Made by a program: the position numbers and the translations under genes | Shown: positions 23,834 through 33,814 of the stretch, in pieces | Numbering within the stretch: the first letter of the stretch is position 1 | Layout: each line of letters opens with the position of its first letter | The notes under the pieces: generated by a model | Told to the model about the DNA's origin: nothing | What the model saw: the letters and a program-made list of their open reading frames with translations, nothing else | Database searches by the model: none | Origin: Lophium mytilinum | Taxonomy: Eukaryota | Assembly: GCA_010093605.1 (NCBI GenBank) | Contig: MU004185.1 | Span: forward strand, 1,943,334 to 2,007,333 | Length of the DNA: 64,000 nt | Direction: 5' to 3'

Positions 23834-25312
23834 CTAGTAGTACGTTGTCCCACCCGAGTACTCTCCCTTTGTTCCAGGGAACGCTCCAACGGGAGAGCTC
23901 TTTTGTTCGTCTTCATCGTTACTGTCGTCCTCGTCCCCCTTGAATCCCGAATCGCTAGGATCAGGGGGTGCTCTCATTCGTGAAATGACGTCTTCGTCTA
24001 GGCCGGGTGTGATGTATGGCTTTGGCGTGTGATATTCCCTTCCTGATGGCATACTAGCTAGTAGGGGTTCTGACGGTGGGATCAATTGAACTCCGACCTG
24101 CAACACATTTAGTACCCTGATATCTATCATCAAAATTAGACCTGAACTCACTGTGTCATTCATCTTGACCCACTTCCTCTCTAACATCTCCAACACCCTC
24201 CCCTCCTCGAACTTCCCCCCATCCGTACCCCAATCGCCTCCTTTTTCAACCTTCCGGTCCTCCCTCTTCTCCGCCCAATCCTTCTTCAACTTTGAGAACG
24301 CGCTACCCTTCTTTTCTTCCTCCTTCCCAATCGACTGGAACCCCAACTCTCTCCTAGCCCCCCGCACCCACGCAATCCCTTCCCCAGTCTTCCCCGCCAA
24401 CTCAGCATCAATCCCTAAGAACCTGCACGCCTTGCCCCTAGCCGTCCGTCTCAAATCGTCCACATATCTCACTAACCCCTCATCGACCTTGCCTGCGCTA
24501 CTCAACATCGCCTGCGCTTTCGCAGCATGCTCCGCAGCACTAAGACACAGCCTCGCAAACAGATGCGCCCGCACCTTTGGGATATCCACGCTCTTGAACA
24601 TCCAGTCCTTACTCTGCTTATTCCGATCCTCCAGCACAACGCCCGGGTATGGATCATCCTTCAGCACAGTGATCAGCGTCGCCTCCGCAATTGTCAACTC
24701 CCCCAACGCGCTGAGCACCGGGACTGAGATATCCACCGCTCCAGACGGCGTAGCCCATTGCTGCACCCTGCTAACCAAATATCCGCACACCGCGTTCGCG
24801 TCGAGGAAGTGTCGCATCGCTGCTGCGATAGCTGTAACACGCTGCTCGGTAGTGGGCATGGTCGCATTGTAGAGCGTATATAGCTGGCTGCGAGCCAGCA
24901 GGGCGTGAACTTCTGCGGCGCATAGTAGTACGAAGCAGAGTTCGCTTTCTAAGCTCTTTAGCTTCACGCGTGAAGCTTCGCGCCCGGGTAGTGAGGCGGA
25001 GAGGGTTGGACGCCATTCCACCTCCAGATCTCGGACGAGCACAACGTCGACTTCTTCCCCCGCGATGCTGCGCCCGCCGAGCCCGGCGTCCAGCGCGAAG
25101 AGGTATGGGATGTAGGCATTGAGGGCGGAGAGGACGGAGAAGAGGTTCGAGGGTTGGGAGGCGGGCGGGAGGCGCTTGTGTTTCTTGAGTATGTCGCGGA
25201 GGACGCCACGGTGGGTTGTGGCGGAGAGCGGCAGGGAGGGGTGGGTCGCAGAGGTGTAGAAGTCTGGGAAGGAGAGACTGGAAGTTGTGGGGAGGGTGAA
25301 GGGGAAGGGCAT
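23834..25312 (-). CDS. palC: pH-response signalling protein PalC (BRO1-like)
   Basis: MPFPFTLPTTS start, KDDPYP, DWMFKSVDIPKVRAHLFARLCL, MPSGREYH and C-terminal YY; 54-nt intron 24151-24098. Confidence 0.9.
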   Translation of the reverse strand: MPFPFTLPTTSSLSFPDFYTSATHPSLPLSATTHRGVLRDILKKHKRLPPASQPSNLFSVLSALNAYIPYLFALDAGLGGRSIAGEEVDVVLVRDLEVEWRPTLSASLPGREASRVKLKSLESELCFVLLCAAEVHALLARSQLYTLYNATMPTTEQRVTAIAAAMRHFLDANAVCGYLVSRVQQWATPSGAVDISVPVLSALGELTIAEATLITVLKDDPYPGVVLEDRNKQSKDWMFKSVDIPKVRAHLFARLCLSAAEHAAKAQAMLSSAGKVDEGLVRYVDDLRRTARGKACRFLGIDAELAGKTGEGIAWVRGARRELGFQSIGKEEEKKGSAFSKLKKDWAEKREDRKVEKGGDWGTDGGKFEEGRVLEMLERKWVKMNDTVSSGLILMIDIRVLNVLQVGVQLIPPSEPLLASMPSGREYHTPKPYITPGLDEDVISRMRAPPDPSDSGFKGDEDDSNDEDEQKSSPVGAFPGTKGEYSGGTTYY

Positions 25313-25440
25313 GTTTGGTGGTGGGTGGAAGATGGCACTATGCAACGCAGGGGGGTGGGAAAGGCCCGAGTAGTGGGTTGAGGTTTAGGTACGATGTGGT
25401 GGGGTTGGGTGAAAGCTACCATACACCAATAAAGGCCACC

Positions 25441-25810
25441 ATGAACAATCAGGAGGCCACGGCCTACCTCGAGCAGTTGATTGGCAAGAGTCTGAGATTA
25501 TATACAACCGACAGCCGAATCTTTGTGGGTCAGATGAAGTGTACAGACAGGGTTCGAATAAAGCATCAAAAGTTTCGCGAGCTATACACTGATCCGTGAA
25601 TAGGACCGCAACATCATCCTCGCCCTCACATACGAATACCGGCAACCCTCAGAAGCTACTATCAGAAAGACTATCGAATCCTCCGGCGATGCCTCCGCCC
25701 AAGTCCCGTTGATGAGCAGATATGTCGGCCTTGTCGTGGTGCCAGGCCAGTACATCACGCGAATCGAATACGAAGAGAGCCAGTTCAGTCAAGGCACGGT
25801 TGTCCCTTGA
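25441..25810 (+). CDS. LSM-domain protein (NatC auxiliary subunit Mak31/NAA38-like)
   Basis: LIGKSLRLYTTDSRIFVGQMKCTDR/DRNIILALTYEYR...RYVGLVVVPGQYITRIE; intron ~25552-25603. Confidence 0.85.
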
Positions 25811-26100
25811 TTCCGTGTGAGACAAGGTTCTTGGCGGTGTACGATTGTAACGGCGTGTGTGGTATAGTTTTCATTGCGTCAACCTTTGTGCCTAAGTAGC
25901 CTCGACGCTCACGCTACGACATCGAGCTATGATACAGCCAAAGAGAAAGCACACGCTTTCCCGGTATTTACAAGAACCTCTGCCGGAAATTCAGAGCTCC
26001 CAATGGTCCCTTCTATCGTGTGATGTCGTTGATCTCCACATCCTAAGCTCCGGGATCCGCTTGCCATCCCAACCCTATTTGTTGTAGTCCTGGCCACCAA

Positions 26101-26540
26101 CTATGACTTGGGAATGATATTGCCTTGCTCGAATAGGTATCCGCGGACCTTGGACTCCTTGAGAAGCTCGAAGTAGCGTTCTATAGAGTATGGTTAGCAC
26201 CAATGCTTGGTATTGACCATGCGTTCCCTCCAAACAAAGCATACTCCAATCCCAATTGCACAACACCTGACAAGCACCGCGCTTGATTCTGAGAGAAGAT
26301 ATGTCCAAACTCACCCCTCAAATGCCCACACTTCTCCAGATGATTCACGCCCTCCCGGTAATAGCACTTCCCCATCTCCTCCCGCACCAACCGCGCCATC
26401 ATGCTCTTGACCCACTGCTCCCTCAAAATCGAGTCCTGCGCCGCTTTCAGCGCCTTGTTGTCATCGTAGTCGACACCGTCGAAGGTCGGCGGGACGGTAG
26501 GCTTCTTAGCCAGGAAGGCCGCCGATTCGGGCGTCGGCAT
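26101..26540 (-). CDS. NADH:ubiquinone oxidoreductase 12 kDa accessory subunit (NDUFB10-like)
   Basis: MPTPESAAFLAKKPTVPPTFDGVDY...REQWVKSMMARLVREEMGKCYYREGVNHLEKCGHLR/ERYFELLKESKVRGYLFEQ; one intron. Confidence 0.9.
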
Positions 26541-26786
26541 TGCGGCGAATGAGGAAGTCGGTGGAGGTTGCGGAGGAGAAAGCTCGGGCCGGGATTGGGT
26601 GGTAGGTCGGACCTCTGATCTCGTTCGTTCGGACGGCAAGCGTCAATTGAGCTGTCGGGCGGATTGCTGGAGCTGTTCGCGGCGACGAGCAGTGGACGAT
26701 GAGGTTGAACGCAATGGCCGAAACGCCAAGTCTTTGACACGTGACAGTCTTCTTGACCACCTCGACTTCCGCTTGCAACCATCAAC

Positions 26787-27413
26787 TCAACTACTCCCAA
26801 TGCCCCCTCGAAACCCAACCCTCAGAACATCCTTACTGTCTCCTTTTGCTGGAGCCGGAGCCGGACTCGCGGCGACATCCCGCAACGCAGCCAACCACTT
26901 TCCCGGCCCTTTCCCATCCCTCCCCTCAGCGCTCCAGTCCCCTCCCCACCCTCCGACCCAGCTCCCCAATACCTCCCCCACGCTCGCGCCGTTCCAGTCT
27001 GTCAGTTCCACTCGTGATTGTGAATGGTACTTGACTTTCCAGCGCCAGTCCTCGAAGCGCACGACGCGGCCTGACTCGACTTCCGCGAGGAGGGCGTCGC
27101 GGCGGCGAGTGCAGACGGCGCAAAGGCGGTGGAGGCGGACGGATTGGAGGGGATGGGATTGTGGACCTGGGCAGCTGGTGACGACGGCTCGGGTGGTCTC
27201 TTTGCCTTTGCCTTTGTCCAAGAGCTCGTCTTGAAAGATGGGCGCTGCTGGGGATCGGGAGGGCCGGGCTACTGGCAGAGGCTTGGTGATCTCAGAGCTC
27301 GAATTCGTAGGTCGCCGTGGGGCATTGCGGACGGCGTCGCATGGGAGGATAGGGTAGGTTGCGTAGCAAGAATGGCCGCAGGTGGAAAAGATGTAGAGGC
27401 GGTGGTAGCACAT
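26787..27413 (-). CDS. Hypothetical protein with Cys/His motifs
   Basis: MCYHRLYIFSTCGH start and HRLCAVC, a pattern common in small fungal proteins; open frame of about 208 aa. Confidence 0.65.
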   Translation of the reverse strand: MCYHRLYIFSTCGHSCYATYPILPCDAVRNAPRRPTNSSSEITKPLPVARPSRSPAAPIFQDELLDKGKGKETTRAVVTSCPGPQSHPLQSVRLHRLCAVCTRRRDALLAEVESGRVVRFEDWRWKVKYHSQSRVELTDWNGASVGEVLGSWVGGWGGDWSAEGRDGKGPGKWLAALRDVAASPAPAPAKGDSKDVLRVGFRGGIGSS

Positions 27414-28151
27414 AGTTGCTGGTAAGGTGAAACAAGATAGTACGGATGGGTGATTCAGATGGTTAGGGTTGGCGATCGCAAGTTGGGTTATCAGTAAGTT
27501 AGTGGCCACATATTTTCTTTGTTCTTTGTGCGGATGCGGAGGAATTTGCCAGTATGCTTTGCGGGATTGTTTGCGGCAGGTCCAGGTTTCGAGCTGTTCT
27601 TTCATCAGATTCAGCAGATCCAACTATCAACAAGAAATCAAAGTAAGACGTTCTATGGTCAAGCAGACGCGAAACAAGTTTCCTTGGGAGGCAATCACGA
27701 AACTCAACATCGATGACTCGGAAACTAGACTTTAAAATCGCAAACAAGCATATATATCTTCAGCACTATGCCCCTTGCTATAGGTGATGCCCCATCAAAT
27801 CGAGAGCTTATACGGGATCGTTCCAGGTTTACGTGATGTTTCTGCCACCCGACGTGGTCGGTAAGTAATAAGTAAACAGCTTAGGTTTGGTCTGGTATAG
27901 TTGCCTTTCTTTGCGCTTTTATATCACGGTTCCAAGTTCTCGATTCGCGGTGCGCGAATGAGATTGCTCCTCTTCGATCCTTGGCAGTATTTTACCAATG
28001 ATTCGCTTCCGGAGGCTCTGCCATCCGCGCCGGGGTGCATTTGTCACCTATCATAGCTTTACGCTTACGCGAACACGAATCGGAGAACAGTGAATATAAC
28101 AGTCGCGTTGGCCTCATGCGGTCGGTAGCAAACTCGCAATCATTCACGGCA

Positions 28152-28952
28152 ATGGCAAAACAAAACTTACTCGTCCTCGGCGCCACTGGTGAGAGATCTT
28201 AAAATCAAGCTTCTCGCAATCATCTAATATAAGTTAGGCGGTACCGGCTTAGCTTTCATCAAAGAAGCTCTCATTCACGCTTCCAAGCCAAACCTCACGC
28301 TCTTAGTCCGCACTCCCTCTAGATTGCCGCAAGAGTATCTCGATGACTCCCACATCACTGTTGTTAAAGGCGAACTAAACGACCGGATCGTCGTTGACAA
28401 TGCCTTACAAGGCGTCACTGCAGTTATTTCGTTTCTAGGGCCATACATGACGCTGAAAGCTACACTGCTTCGCGATACTAGCACCCCGATTGCAGACTCT
28501 CTACCCAGTTTGTTCCACTCAAGGAAATTAGAATTGACAGTATACTCATGTACAGCCTAGCACTTTTCGCAGCCATGCGCTCAGCAAACATCACCCGCAT
28601 CCTCGCCCTTTCCACACCCACCGGGCTCCCCCAGCCTGTCTTGGAGACGAAGCCCTGGTCGTGGTGGGCAGCTGGCTGGTTCATCTACCTCGTGGTTCCT
28701 CAGGGCAATGCGGAGATGACGAAGATCGGGAGTCTGGTGTCTGGTCAGCACGATCTCGAATGGACTGTTTTCCGGGTTCCGTCTCTAACGAATGGGAGCG
28801 CCGAGAAAGTGGTTGAGGCGGGTTATTTGGGGGCGAAGGAGTTTGCTGTCACGGCTGAGCTGACGAGGGGGAGTTTGGCGAGGTGGGTGCTTGCAGAGGT
28901 GGAAGGAAGAGAATGGGTGGGACGGGCGCCAGCAGTTGCGAATAATTTGTAG
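28152..28952 (+). CDS. NAD(P)-binding Rossmann protein (NAD_binding_10 / flavin reductase-like)
   Basis: LLVLGATG/GTG, LLVRTPSRL, VVKGEL, AVISFLGP, LEWTVFRVPSLTNG; two introns. Confidence 0.85.
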
Positions 28953-29015
28953 AATCCGGTGCCCTGACCGTTACTTATAGGTGAATAGTGTAAGACGCCC
29001 CCACGCCTTTCCACT

Positions 29016-30013
29016 TCATTCCTTTAGTACACAGTCTCGATTGATAATGAACTTTCCGTCATCATTGAACTCGCTTTCAAGATAGCACGCGAGAGACTCT
29101 GCGTCGGGCAATAGGACAAGATCTCCACCACATTTCACTTTCCTCAGAGGAGCTAACAGCGCCGCGTCTCTCTCCCAATTCGGGACCACCAACCGCATGA
29201 AGGACGTCATCTTCACATGGAATGTGCTCAGATGCTCCATTTCTTGCAAGGCACTCCACATCTGCTCCCAACCTTTCGTGCCGTACTCTGGCGGGTCGAT
29301 TGGCCCCATGCACGTGTAGTCAACAATATGAAGCGCGAGAGTGCGGATCGACCGAAACCGGTGCGGGAGGACAAGTCTAGAAAACCGTGCGAAGGTGACG
29401 AAGTCGTCGAAGTAGAAAGTGTTGTTGGTATAGAGCAGATCAATGGCTTCAAGGTATCTGGCTCGAAGGTCAGCAAAGTTTTGATAGAGTAGAGATAGGC
29501 TCTGACTGAAAAGACGAAAAGAGTATACATGGCGCGACATGATAATAGTAGCGATAACGAAGTCGAGTTTGCTTTCGGATAATATAAACAACCTTCCAGG
29601 TTAGGCGGCAACTTGCACTCAAGGCACAACCAAGACGTGTGTCCAAGCCGCGGCGCCTTTTCCGAAAGATTTCTTCCCCGCCACCATCGGTGCCTCATTC
29701 GAGCGGTCTTTTGGTTTGACTCGTGGATGTGCAACGAGGGGCTGCTGCAGAGTACCTCTCGATATATACGAAGGCGTAATTCAGCAGGGAGTTTCGCAAG
29801 TAGCGGACAGGCTGATTGTTCCAGAGCCCCGGTCCTTGATTTGGAAAGCCCCCATACGTTCTTAAAGGTCTTGCTCTGTGGTGGCATTTCAAAGTCCTGT
29901 GTCAAGGCTCGCTTCCGATTCATGATGAGTTCAGAGCGATAGTCGTACAACTTTTGCTCCCGAATGCGTTGCTTCCTAAGCCGCTCTCGCATCCTTCCCG
30001 TGCCACACTTCAT
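29016..30013 (-). CDS. Hypothetical protein with F-box-like motif (DUF7730-like)
   Basis: QSACPLLAKLPAELRLRIYREVL; an intron (~29528-29458) joins LLLSCRA-IYLEAIDLLYTNNTFYF. The start is uncertain. Confidence 0.7.
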
Positions 30014-30186
30014 AATTTCAAGGAATGCAAGAATGGAAATGGTAGTTGGTTCAAGTAGAAGAGATGGAGAGTGGAGATAGAAGGGAAGACCATGCGCTGT
30101 ATATTGCACGATGTGGCGCAGTCAAGACTTTGACAACCCTTGCTGCCTAACCTCTCCCTCCGCGGAGCACGAGATTTAATATATAC

Positions 30187-30885
30187 CACTGATTTAAAGC
30201 CTCCGGAACATGACATGCACGGTTTTGTTAAGTTGAAAGGCGTAGGAGCGTCTCACAGTATTTTCGACATGTGCAAAGGTATATTTTAAGTACTCCGATT
30301 TCGAACCTTTGTATTTTTCGCTCAGGGCACTGATTTGAAGTCTCCGGAACTTGACATTCATGGTTTCATCAAATTGAAAGGCGTAGGAGCGTCTCACAGT
30401 ATTTTCGACGTGTGCAAAGGTATAGTATAAATACTCAGATTTAGGACCTATTATCATTCGCTCAAGGCGCTAATTTGAAGCCTCCGGAACTTGACATTCA
30501 TGGTTTCATCAAGTTGAAAGGCGTGGGGGCGTCTTACGCTATTCATCTATAAGTAAGGGTCAACGCACTGATCTGAAGCCTCCGGAACTTGACATTCACG
30601 GTTTTATTAAGTTGAAAGGCGCAGGAGCGTCTTACAGTATTATCGACGTGTGCAAAGACAACGCTTATGTACTCAGATTCAGAGCCTATGCATCAAACGC
30701 CCCAGACTATCTTCCGACCGTTCAAGACACCGATCTGAAGCCTCCAGAACTTGACATTCACGGTTTCATCAAGTTGAAAGGCGTGGGGGCGTCTTACAGT
30801 ATTATCGACGTGTGCAAAGGCAAGGTTCAAGTAGTCAGATTCAGAACCTATGTACTATTCGCCCCCGGGTATCTCCGACCGTAAC
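30187..30885 (+). repeat. Repeat family A, locus 1: five tandem units (about 141, 140, 98, 162, 157 bp)
   Basis: Core CACTGATYTGAAGCCTCCGGAACTTGACATTCAYGGTTTCATCAAGTTGAAAGGCGTRGGRGCGTCTYAC starts at ~30187, 30328, 30468, 30566 and 30728; the array ends GCCCCCGGGTATCTCCGACCGTAAC. Confidence 0.9.
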
Positions 30886-31017
30886 CCCCTTCCCTGGTTA
30901 CTGTTACTACCAGAAGGACCCCTATACCTAGCCATTTCGTACGCATCAACGCCCAAAACACTCCAAAAAGGGCCCACAATCGCCTAAACAACCACCAATA
31001 GACCCGAAAGTCGCCCC

Positions 31018-31728
31018 CTAGACCTCCCTAATACTATCAAGACGGGAGCCAACGTACGTCTCCATGTATCCTGAATCCCGAGGCTTCGAACCAAGCTTGC
31101 ATCCGTACGATTCCTCGACCTTCTCAGGGGTGCCTCGACCAGGGATTGGAGTGCCCAAACCCGCCACAGACTTCGCGCGATTTCGAGCCATTTCGCGAGC
31201 AGTCTTGAACGACATCTCCATCGGCAGGCTCTCCCCCGAGCATGCCGTCGAGGCCCAGCTTCCCTCCTGGGGGTCCTCAGCCTCCGCAACCGGTGGAGCA
31301 GGCGGCGGGGCAGGGCGGCGCGATTTGAACCTCTCGTTCCATTGCTCAAGATACTGCTGCGCGCGGACCTTGGTTTCGAAAGCCGGTCGCCAAGTGCTCG
31401 TAAGTCGGCTCACTTTCTCGTCGATTTTGGAGGCGTCAACGGTCTGTCGGGAGTGCTCTGGCTTCTTGACAATGAGTACAAGAGGGCGGGCGGGTTTGTC
31501 CGAATTGAGACGTCTGGTATGGCCGGGGCGGGGGAAAGGGTACCAGGGGTGGTCACCGCGCGTGAGGTCCATCGGCTGGTAATTCTCCAGCTTCTGGCGA
31601 AAGAGGGCCTCGCAGCGGGCAATGTGGGCTGCGTGGAGGGCCTCAGCGGTGGGGTCGGGGGGGTGGGGGATAGACCTGCGACTTGTAAGTACCTGGTGTT
31701 TGACGTGAGCTGCCGGAACGACTTACAT
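31018..31728 (-). CDS. Hypothetical protein; start codon probably split by an intron
   Basis: AT|GTAAGT...CAG|G (intron 31726-31676) gives MSIPHPPDPTAEALHAAHIARCEALFRQKLENYQP in frame with ORF 31018-31572. Confidence 0.55.
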
Positions 31729-31862
31729 GGTGACCGAAAGAGAACGCCTGCGTCGAACTGTCGAAACGCCGAATACCGGATACAATCCAATCGATAGGAA
31801 GAGTGAGAGTGGCGGTCCAAGAGCAGCAGCACTATATGCGACTATCTCAGGCCTTGAAAGAA

Positions 31863-32117
31863 GCGTAGATGAGGAGAGATTCGTGAGACGGCGAATGCGC
31901 GCAGAGGATGTAGAAGAGAAGGCAACCAGCGCAGCGAGCGAAGAGAGTATACTGTGGGAATAGTAGAGGTCGTTCCGAGAGCAGAAGCACTGCGTGCGAC
32001 TGATCTAGGCCATGAGGAAGTGTAGACGCAAAGAAATTCGTGAGAGGGCGATTGCGAGCGGAGGATGTAGAAGAGAAGGTCATCAGCGCAGCGAACGAAG
32101 TGAAAATACTGTGGGAG
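31863..32117 (+). repeat. Degenerate direct duplication of about 95 bp
   Basis: ...ATTCGTGAGA.GGCGA.TGCG.GC.GAGGATGTAGAAGAGAAGG...CAGCGCAGCGA.CGAAG.GA..ATACTGTGGGA at ~31863-31958 and ~32020-32117. Confidence 0.85.
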
Positions 32118-33814
32118 AAAAAGCCGGTGGCAGGTCGAGTTCGAAAAAATCCAAAGCGCGGCGGCAACCCTGGTCCGTGCGATGAGGGCCACGAGCTCAC
32201 CTCCCCGCGATGCCGGAGTCCCTGAAGCACCACCAATTCACCAAAAAACCCTCGACAAGACAGCATATATGCTACTGTCATGTGCTGGTGCAAGCTACTC
32301 CTTTTGCCATGTCAATTGGAGCTCTAGGAGGCGTGGAGCAGTACATCGTCGGCCACGCAGGATGATGGTGGTGAAATGGGAGAGCGCTTTGGGTCTAGCG
32401 CGGATTTGGCGAGCCATAGCGCCGGGAGCGCCCGCCGTTGACAGCCTGGTAGCGACGCAGCCTTACAGCCTCGTCTCAGGAGCTAGGGATGTGGTAGGCA
32501 TCTTTCGCCTGTTCCTGGTCATCGCGATTATGGAATAGGGGAGCTGGCGCCCGGGTGACGCGACAATACAGCGCGTGGGCTGCAGCTGGGAATCCAGAAT
32601 GGCCAGCGCTTCTGCCACCACAACCAGCGGCGCGACGGCGATGTATTCCTAGGTGCCGCGAATCAGACAATTGTGTTCGACGGCCCGGTACGACGATGCT
32701 GGCATACTTTAGGGTCTTAGATGAGCTGTCCTGTATCTGAATGCTCCCCCTTTCCTATCTCTTAGAAGCATTATCTGCCACATGTGCGACCACAGGTAAG
32801 GAATCTTACTTGCGCACATTCCCACTGAGCACTCTTATCTTCCGTTCGAGATCACATGGGCTTGAGGAACGTGCGGTGCCCCTCTAGGATAAGAGCACTC
32901 CGTAATCGGTGGGCTTGGAGGGGCTGCGACGTCACTGGCTCCCTACGACAGCAGGACCGATGTCCCAAAGACAAAGATGATGTTCTCAGGTGTACCAGTT
33001 CTTGAACATGGTTAGGGCCAGGCGGGGATTCCCTCTCAGCAGGGTGGTAACTCCAGCGCTGAAGGGGCTTCAGTTCCCAAAACCATGGTCCCTTCATAAA
33101 CCCGGCATCCCAGGAAAGATTCTTTACCGGCCGCCATGGCAGCCGCGACTCTATTAGACTCGATATACTGGATCGCAAGTGATGATGGACATCCACTTGT
33201 TGCTCCCTAGTGCTGTCTCTGGTGGGCGTTGATCCTTGGAACTCCGTGGTGAGAGAGAACCTACCCAAGAAAGAATGGCAAATGGACGAGCCTTCGAAGC
33301 CCCGCATCTATAGAGAAGAACAGTGCTCCGCCTCCTTCGTCAATAGCTATTCTTCCTATTGTTCAATGAGTCGAACGGGACCGTTGCCGTTGCTATCCAG
33401 ATCACGTGAACACGAGCTGCGGCTCTTGCCCTCTTGTTTACGCTTTGCGGCGGCAAGCCCGCACAATTCTCGCACCTGTCCGGTACAAACTCGGCGGGGC
33501 TTTGCAGACGTTCACTTTCAAAGGCTGGTCGCTCAACCTCTTTTCTTCTCCTCTCCACCATCGTCAATTGCCACCTCGCCCGTGCCGCGTGAATCTGAGG
33601 CGCGAGGAAGCAACTAACGGAGTATACCAGGGCCTTCGAAGTCGAATTCACCGCCCTCCAACCTCAGTTGAAACCTAGCTCTCCTCGAATCTAACCTCAT
33701 CCGACTCTTTCGATTCGACTTCGTCTCGCCCTAGTCCGGCCGTCAGCGACCTTGTCACAACAAGACTTCATGTTACCTCGGCTCATCTAGAGTGATCATA
33801 GTCCAACCTTACCG

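Noticed and set aside
30612..30884. ORF with a repeated peptide (KGVGASYSIIDVCK)
   Set aside because: No ATG start, unit lengths of 140 and 98 bp break the frame, and other copies have stops; it is a by-product of the DNA repeat.
30187..30885. CRISPR-like appearance of the palindromic repeat array
   Set aside because: The sequences between cores are homologous to each other (two tail types), the core is about 70 bp, there are no cas genes and the host is a fungus.
32852..33307. 151-aa minus ORF
   Set aside because: No family motif and no clear gene structure.
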